Assembly: GCA_001552015.1 (NCBI GenBank)
Contig: CP010514.1
Span: 180,001 to 212,000 of the forward strand
Source of the DNA: Candidatus Nanopusillus acidilobi
GTDB lineage: Archaea > Nanobdellota > Nanobdellia > Nanobdellales > Nanobdellaceae
Direction: 5' to 3'
DNA: 32,000 nucleotides
Under the pieces are notes generated by a model. That model was not told the DNA's origin. It did not search any database and saw only the letters and a program-made list of their open reading frames with translations. This document shows, piece by piece, positions 26,467-32,000 of this stretch. The number at the start of each line of letters is the position of its first letter. The first letter of the stretch is position 1. Position numbers and translations under genes: made by a program.

Positions 26467-26733
26467 ATGAAAATATCTTATATGTATGAATCATTTGATT
26501 ATATAAAAGAAGGAATAATATATGGGAAAATAAAAAATATAATGAAAGATAAAGTAATAATAGAAATAAATGGAAAAGATTATTCATTTGATAAATCTAT
26601 AGATATAAATAATTTAAATTCTGGTGATTATGTAAGATTTTATATAAAAAATAATAATATAATTTATATTGAAAAAATAAGCCAGAATTTATATGAGAAT
26701 ATTAAGAAAATTTTAGAAAGTTTAAACGAATAA
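26467..26733 (+). CDS. Small hypothetical protein, possibly a small beta-barrel (88 aa)
   Basis: Starts immediately after the SpoIIM-like gene; alternating beta pattern, no recognised family. Confidence 0.6.
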   Translation: MKISYMYESFDYIKEGIIYGKIKNIMKDKVIIEINGKDYSFDKSIDINNLNSGDYVRFYIKNNNIIYIEKISQNLYENIKKILESLNE

Positions 26734-27282
26734 TTCTTTCTTATTTTTTATTAAGAATATTAGCCAAAAAATAATTAAAAATATTGTTGTAAATATTTCC
26801 CATAAAAAATTGTGTAAAAAATAAGGATTAATATTAAAGATATAATAAAAATAAAAGACAGACCACAATCTAAATATATTTAGAATAAATAATATTGGGG
26901 AAAAGATAATGAAATAATATAATTTTTTCTTTATATTTAATATTGGTGTAGAAAATATGAGTGCAAAAATACCGAATACTGATTTAAAGCCTGTGCATTC
27001 TTGATCAATTATAAAGCTTATGTTTTTTATATATATTACATTACTTTTCAATGTGAAATTTAAATGAGAATAATATAATATTTTTGATATAAATTCAGAA
27101 TAACTTATTAAAAAATTATATGGTAAAACAATATAATAATAGCTAAATAAAAATAATGGTATTGAATATATTAACATATTTGCAAAAAATATAGATAAAA
27201 TTAATTCTTTTCTTAATAATTTGTTTCTTTTTGCATAATCTATTAATTTACTATAATATTTTTTTATTATATATTCAAACAT
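26722..27282 (-). CDS. Archaeosortase/exosortase-family transpeptidase-like membrane protein
   Basis: Multi-TM protein with Cys (DQECTGFKS), Arg (FILNIFRLW) and His (PYFLHNFLWE) in the archaeosortase/exosortase order. Confidence 0.83.
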   Translation of the reverse strand: MFEYIIKKYYSKLIDYAKRNKLLRKELILSIFFANMLIYSIPLFLFSYYYIVLPYNFLISYSEFISKILYYSHLNFTLKSNVIYIKNISFIIDQECTGFKSVFGIFALIFSTPILNIKKKLYYFIIFSPILFILNIFRLWSVFYFYYIFNINPYFLHNFLWEIFTTIFLIIFWLIFLIKNKKELFV

Positions 27283-27733
27283 TTTTTACTTTTGCAGCAA
27301 CTCCAATTTTAAAATCCTCGATTTCTTTTCCAGATAATAAGCTTTCTCCTATTGCTAATAGATTATCATTTTTATCAACTATTAATACAATATCTCTTGG
27401 TAATATATTTTCATCTAAGTTTTCAACAAATTTATTAAATACAGATTTTCCTTCTTTTATAAATTTTGTTGCTTCGTCTTTTACAACAATCCTATATTTT
27501 GGAAATTCTAGAAATTCTTTTACTATTAGTCCTCCATAAAATGTTAATATAATAAATCCTGTTGTTGGTTCTATTGTCCCAAACAATTTATCATCAATAT
27601 ATATTCTTCTTATTCTTCCGGTTTTTTTACTTTTTTCGATTTTTATTTTTTCTTTATACTTTTCAATTATTTTATCTCCGATATTATCTCCAAATTGATA
27701 ATTCAATATTCCTCTAACTATTGATAATTCCAT
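27275..27733 (-). CDS. PUA-domain protein (archaeosine-TGT C-terminal-like)
   Basis: FPKYRIVVKDEATKFIKEGKSVFNKFVENLDENILPRDIVLIVDKNDNLLAIGESLLSGKEI matches the PUA pattern. Confidence 0.78.
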   Translation of the reverse strand: MELSIVRGILNYQFGDNIGDKIIEKYKEKIKIEKSKKTGRIRRIYIDDKLFGTIEPTTGFIILTFYGGLIVKEFLEFPKYRIVVKDEATKFIKEGKSVFNKFVENLDENILPRDIVLIVDKNDNLLAIGESLLSGKEIEDFKIGVAAKVKNV

Positions 27734-28346
27734 AATAATATAATATAAACTTTTCAGCTATCTCTTCAGCAATTATACTATTATTATTGTATATAATTAC
27801 TGTATTATTCTGATTATTAAATATTATTCCATAAGAATTATTTGTTGGTATCAGATATATTAATAATGTTTCATTTCTTGGTAAAATATATGTTAGGTTT
27901 TCATAACTATTATATAAAGTATATAGAAAAACATAATTATCATTTATACTATTATTCTCTAGAAAATATTTGCATCCAGGACTATTATAGTAAAAAGAAC
28001 ATGCATATATAACATTTTTGTTATATTTTAATAAATATAGCAATATATAAAGAATTTCAGCATTATAATATTCATTTAATGTTGGATCAAAAATAAATAA
28101 TTGATATTTATAGTTATTTAATGAATTATATAAACTTATATTTGAATATATTGGTATAAATTCTAATTGCGTAATATTATAAGGTCCAGCAATTGTTATA
28201 TTATTTGGATTTGTATAGATATATGCCTGATTATTGTTGTTATTATTTGTATAATTTATTATTCTAGATTTTATAGTTACCAGTAATACTAAAATTATAA
28301 AAGCTATAATAAAGATCAATAAATTAATAATTTTTTCTTTTTTCAT
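27714..28346 (-). CDS. Hypothetical protein with N-terminal membrane anchor and sequon-rich presumed extracellular domain
   Basis: MKKEKIINLLIFIIAFIILVLLVTIKS anchor followed by about ten N-x-S/T sequons. Confidence 0.7.
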   Translation of the reverse strand: MKKEKIINLLIFIIAFIILVLLVTIKSRIINYTNNNNNNQAYIYTNPNNITIAGPYNITQLEFIPIYSNISLYNSLNNYKYQLFIFDPTLNEYYNAEILYILLYLLKYNKNVIYACSFYYNSPGCKYFLENNSINDNYVFLYTLYNSYENLTYILPRNETLLIYLIPTNNSYGIIFNNQNNTVIIYNNNSIIAEEIAEKFILYYYGIINS

Positions 28347-28366
28347 ATATTAATCTTTTGATAAAT

Positions 28367-28378
28367 ATATATAAATTT
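28367..28378 (+). promoter_or_regulatory. Putative TATA box for the HTH regulator gene
   Basis: atatataaattt centred about 27 nt before the ATG at 28399. Confidence 0.5.
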
Positions 28379-28398
28379 TCTAATTCTAAAAAATATTA

Positions 28399-29145
28399 AT
28401 GAGTACTAATGATGTTGATGAGAAATTATTGGAGGTTCTTAAACAGAATGCTTATGGATTAACCATCTCCGAACTATCAAAGATCTTAAATATTAATAGA
28501 ATTACATTATCTAAACACTTGGAAATATTAAAGGAAAGGGGTTATTTAAATTATAGAGTTGTTGGAAAAGCAAAAATATGGTATATAAATGAAGATGTAA
28601 ACTTTTTGGAGATGATTCATGGAAATACTCCGATAATAAGGTTAATTAGAAAAGATAAAAATGAATTTTATAGCATTTCCGATATAAAATTTTTGATAAT
28701 TCCTTCTGAAATATTTCAGGTTTTATATTTACAAGCTATGGAAATGAATAATTTAAATTTCATTAGGGATTCTGGAAAAAGATTTGGTATTATAATTTCT
28801 ACTACATATAAAATGTATTCTGGAATGGAAAGAGTTTTAAATGAAGATTATCTAAAAGAAATAATTAAATTAGTTGAGAAATTTGGTTTTGGAAAAATAG
28901 AAGATATATTTATTGATATTAAAACATTAGATTTCTTGATTACATTAAGTTCTTCAATTGAATCATTAGTTTTAAAAGATATAGAAGATATATTGAAGGA
29001 AAAAAATATGGAAATAAAGGAATATTTTATGGAAGGATATTTTGAGGGATTATTAAGTACTTTGTTTGGAATACCTATGATAGCAATAAATAAATCTACA
29101 TTATATAAAGATCAAAAAACAGAATTTGTAATAAGAAAGAAATGA
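28399..29145 (+). CDS. Winged-helix transcriptional regulator with V4R-like sensor domain
   Basis: N-terminal LTISELSKILNINRITLSKHLEILKERGYLNYRVVGKAKIWYI (ArsR-like HTH); C-terminal YFEGLLSTLFG...TEFVIRK resembles V4R. Confidence 0.75.
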   Translation: MSTNDVDEKLLEVLKQNAYGLTISELSKILNINRITLSKHLEILKERGYLNYRVVGKAKIWYINEDVNFLEMIHGNTPIIRLIRKDKNEFYSISDIKFLIIPSEIFQVLYLQAMEMNNLNFIRDSGKRFGIIISTTYKMYSGMERVLNEDYLKEIIKLVEKFGFGKIEDIFIDIKTLDFLITLSSSIESLVLKDIEDILKEKNMEIKEYFMEGYFEGLLSTLFGIPMIAINKSTLYKDQKTEFVIRKK

Positions 29146-29645
29146 TCATTTGTATAACAGGAGTACCTGGTGTTGGAAAAAGTACAATAGCAAAGAAGTT
29201 GGCTGATCAAATAGATGCTGTTTTAATTGATATATCAGATTTTGCAATTAAAAATAAATTATATGAAGAATATGATGAAGCCGAACAAACATATATAGTG
29301 GATGAAAATACATTATTTCAAGAAATTGATAATTATATAAGAAATTTAAATAGTAAATACATTATTATAGAAGGAAATTTTGCTCATTTATATAATAAAT
29401 GCGATCTATATATTGTTATAAAAACTGACCCAAATATATTATATGAAAGATTATCTAAAGAAAGAAATTATCCATATAATAAAGTTTTCACAAATATATG
29501 GGCAATGAACCTTGAAGTTATAGAAGATGAATTAGAAGAAATGAAAAAAGAATATTATGTTTTTTATAGCAATAAAGAAGATGATATTGATAATATAGTA
29601 AAGGAAATAAAAAGATTAATAGAAAATAAGGAAAAATCAAATTAA
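29142..29645 (+). CDS. Adenylate kinase 6 / Fap7-type P-loop kinase
   Basis: IICITGVPGVGKSTIAKKLA, IIEGNFAHLYNKCDLYIVIKTDP, RNYPYNKVFTNIWAMNLEV. Confidence 0.9.
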   Translation: MIICITGVPGVGKSTIAKKLADQIDAVLIDISDFAIKNKLYEEYDEAEQTYIVDENTLFQEIDNYIRNLNSKYIIIEGNFAHLYNKCDLYIVIKTDPNILYERLSKERNYPYNKVFTNIWAMNLEVIEDELEEMKKEYYVFYSNKEDDIDNIVKEIKRLIENKEKSN

Positions 29646-29664
29646 TAAAAAATTTTTTAGTCTA

Positions 29665-29675
29665 AAATTTATAAG
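29665..29675 (+). promoter_or_regulatory. Putative TATA box of the thermosome gene
   Basis: aaatttataag centred about 27 nt before the ATG at 29697, consistent with a leaderless transcript. Confidence 0.55.
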
Positions 29676-29696
29676 TCTTATACATATAATATATAT

Positions 29697-31358
29697 ATGG
29701 CAGAAGATAAAAAAGGATTATATCCAATTGTATTATCTCCAGAAAAATATGCAAGAACAATAGGTAGAGAAGCAATGAGATCAAATATCATGGCAGCTGT
29801 ATTAGTATCAGAAATATTAAAAACATCTTTGGGTCCAAGGGGAATGGATAAAATGTTAGTAGATGAATTGGGAGATGTAACTGTTACAAACGATGGAGCA
29901 ACAATATTGGATCAAATGCATGTTGAACATCCAGCTGCTAAGTTAATAATAGAAATAGCAAAAACACAAGATAAGGAAGTAGGGGATGGTACTAAAAGAT
30001 CTACAGTTTTAGCAGGTGAATTATTAAAGAGGGCAGATGAATTATTAGATAAAAATATACATCCAACAGTTATTATAGAAGGATATAATAAGGCATCAAT
30101 TATCGCTGAAGAATTGGTAAATAAATTGGCTCAAAAAGTATCAATGGATGATGAGGAGACATTGATTAAGGTTGCAAAGTCTGCATTATCATCAAAATTA
30201 GCATCAATATATTCAGATAAGTTAGCAAAAATAATTGTTGATGCTGTTAAAAAAGTAACAGATATTGTAGAATTATCAGATGGAGAAAAGAAAATAATTG
30301 TAGATCTAGATTCATTAAAGATTGAAAAGAAAATTGGCGGTGGCGTAGAAGAAACATCATTAATTGATGGAATAGTAATAGATAAAGAAAAAATACATGG
30401 AGAAATGCCAAAAGTTGTTTCAAATGCAAAGATAGCATTAATAGGTGATGCTATTGAAATTAAAGAAACAGAAACAGATGCAAGGATAAATATATCTTCT
30501 CCAGATCAACTAGAACAGTTCTTGAGTAAAGAAAGAGAAATGCTAAAGAAAATGGTAGAAAAAATAAAAGAAGTAGGAGCAAATGTTGTATTTGCACAAA
30601 AAGGAGTTGATGACTTAGCAGCATATTATTTGGCAAAATATGGAATATTGGCAGTAAGAAGAGTTAAGAAGTCGGATATGGAAAAAATAGCAAAAGCAAC
30701 TGGTGGAAAAATTGTAAATTCTATTGATGAATTATCAGAAAATGATTTGGGATATGCAGAATTAGTTGAAGAGAAAAAGGTTGCAGATGAAAATATGATA
30801 TTTATAACAGGATGTAAGAATCCAAAAGCTGTTACAATATTAATAAGAGCAGGATCTGAGCATGTTGCAGACGAGATTGAAAGATCTATAAATGATGCAA
30901 TTAGGGATGTTGCAACAGTAATTAAATATGGAAAAGTAATTGCTGGAGGTGGTGCATTGGAAATGGAATTGGCAGAAGGAATAAGAAAAGAGGCTAAGAA
31001 AGAGTCATCAAAAGTACAAATGGCAATGCTAGCATTTGCAGATGCATTAGAGTCAATACCATCAGCATTGGCAGAAAATGCTGGCATGGATACTATAGAA
31101 GCAATGACACAATTAAGAGCATTACATGAACAAGGTAAAAAATGGGCTGGAGTAGATGCAATTGAAGGTAAAATTGCAGATATGTGGGAGAAAAATGTAA
31201 TTGAGCCAGCAAATATAACTATACAAGCTATAAAGTCTGCAGTAGAAGCTGCCATAATGGTATTGAAAATAGATGATGTTATTGCCGCAATAGGAAAATC
31301 AACAGAAGGAGGAGAATCTTCTGGTAAGTCAGGAGAAGAGGGAGAAGTTGAAGAATAG
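29697..31358 (+). CDS. Thermosome subunit (group II chaperonin)
   Basis: SLGPRGMDKMLVDELGDVTVTNDGATIL, EVGDGTKRSTVLAGELL, GAVEMELA-like GGGALEMELAEGI. Confidence 0.98.
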   Translation: MAEDKKGLYPIVLSPEKYARTIGREAMRSNIMAAVLVSEILKTSLGPRGMDKMLVDELGDVTVTNDGATILDQMHVEHPAAKLIIEIAKTQDKEVGDGTKRSTVLAGELLKRADELLDKNIHPTVIIEGYNKASIIAEELVNKLAQKVSMDDEETLIKVAKSALSSKLASIYSDKLAKIIVDAVKKVTDIVELSDGEKKIIVDLDSLKIEKKIGGGVEETSLIDGIVIDKEKIHGEMPKVVSNAKIALIGDAIEIKETETDARINISSPDQLEQFLSKEREMLKKMVEKIKEVGANVVFAQKGVDDLAAYYLAKYGILAVRRVKKSDMEKIAKATGGKIVNSIDELSENDLGYAELVEEKKVADENMIFITGCKNPKAVTILIRAGSEHVADEIERSINDAIRDVATVIKYGKVIAGGGALEMELAEGIRKEAKKESSKVQMAMLAFADALESIPSALAENAGMDTIEAMTQLRALHEQGKKWAGVDAIEGKIADMWEKNVIEPANITIQAIKSAVEAAIMVLKIDDVIAAIGKSTEGGESSGKSGEEGEVEE

Positions 31359-31370
31359 TTTTTAAAAGAT

Positions 31371-31378
31371 TTATAAAT
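31371..31378 (+). promoter_or_regulatory. Putative TATA box of the following coiled-coil gene
   Basis: ttataaat centred about 25 nt before the ATG at 31400. Confidence 0.5.
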
Positions 31379-31399
31379 ATCAAAATTTTTTATTTTTTT

Positions 31400-31951
31400 A
31401 TGTCATCCTCGGAGTATGAACTTATGCCAACAGATCCTGTCGAAAAATTGGTTGAAGAAGTAGAAAATTTAAAAAACGATTTAGCTGCATTAAAAAATGA
31501 ATTAAAAGATAATATTGAAGAAATAAAAAGACAGATTTCAATACCTTCTGAAACAAATCCAATAGCTAAAAAAGAAGCTCAAGCCCAATTGTATTATGCT
31601 CAATCAAATATAGATACATCATTTTATAAGGAAATTGTAAATTCATTGATAAAAAGTAATATAGACTTACAGGCAAAGATATCTGAATTAGTAGTTGTTA
31701 CAAATAATTTATATAAAGAAATAAAGAATTTATTTGATATATTTAAAGAAGCTGCTTTATTAAGGCCAAAAGAAAAAGAAGCACCAGAAAATAATATTGA
31801 ATTATTAAAGAGAATAGAAAACTTAGAAAAAGCTAATCTAAAAGTAGCAGAATTATTGGATAATCTTAAGAAACAAATAGAAAGTATAAAAGGTAATCAA
31901 AGTACAAGTTATACAAGTTCAGTGGTACAAAGTTATAATAAAAGAATATAA
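31400..31951 (+). CDS. Hypothetical coiled-coil-rich protein (183 aa)
   Basis: Long heptad-like segments (VEKLVEEVENLKNDLAALKNELKDNIEEIKRQ; IELLKRIENLEKANLKVAELLDNLKKQIE); own promoter-like element. Confidence 0.7.
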   Translation: MSSSEYELMPTDPVEKLVEEVENLKNDLAALKNELKDNIEEIKRQISIPSETNPIAKKEAQAQLYYAQSNIDTSFYKEIVNSLIKSNIDLQAKISELVVVTNNLYKEIKNLFDIFKEAALLRPKEKEAPENNIELLKRIENLEKANLKVAELLDNLKKQIESIKGNQSTSYTSSVVQSYNKRI

Positions 31952-31982
31952 AATTAATAAATTTTTTTAATATTTTTATAAA

Positions 31983-32000
31983 ATGAAATTACAATCCCAG
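31983..32000 (+). CDS. Possible start of a further CDS (MKLQSQ...), truncated by the window
   Basis: ATG at 31983 open to the end; far too short to identify. Confidence 0.25.

Noticed and set aside
30626-31255. 209-aa minus-strand ORF inside the thermosome gene
   Set aside because: It is long but fully antisense to a certain thermosome CDS and has Ser/Ala/Phe-rich mirror-frame composition, so it is not a credible gene.
1-32000. CRISPR array, transposon or defence island
   Set aside because: I saw no regularly spaced repeats, no transposase, integrase or restriction-like cluster. The Hjc-like nuclease and the E1-like protein alone do not support a defence-system call.

Overview
This window is a strongly AT-rich, gene-dense archaeal chromosomal segment. 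It is essentially all protein-coding, with many 4-20 nt overlaps between adjacent genes. PolD large subunit, Hef, Hjc-like nuclease, thermosome, Cdc48, L18e-L13-S9, L31e, diphthine synthase and Trm1 establish it as archaeal. The compact layout and gene set suggest a reduced DPANN/nanoarchaeal-type genome, but that lineage call is inference. I see no CRISPR array, mobile element, rRNA or confident tRNA. I found no classic multi-gene defence system. The most noteworthy items are: (1) an FmrO/ArmA-like 16S rRNA methyltransferase in a cdc48 - E1-like - methyltransferase overlapping gene string; (2) a divergent archaeo-eukaryotic-primase-superfamily protein with only one cysteine; (3) a thymidylate synthase with an extra N-terminal MtrA-like/DUF4346-like domain; (4) an archaeosortase-like gene overlapping a PUA-domain gene and a membrane-anchored, sequon-rich protein; (5) a 73-bp perfect repeat between the D1 and D2 ATPase domains of cdc48; (6) a GTGA-overlapping hef/DHH-phosphoesterase pair. 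A partial M1 aminopeptidase at the left edge is absent from the supplied ORF track.
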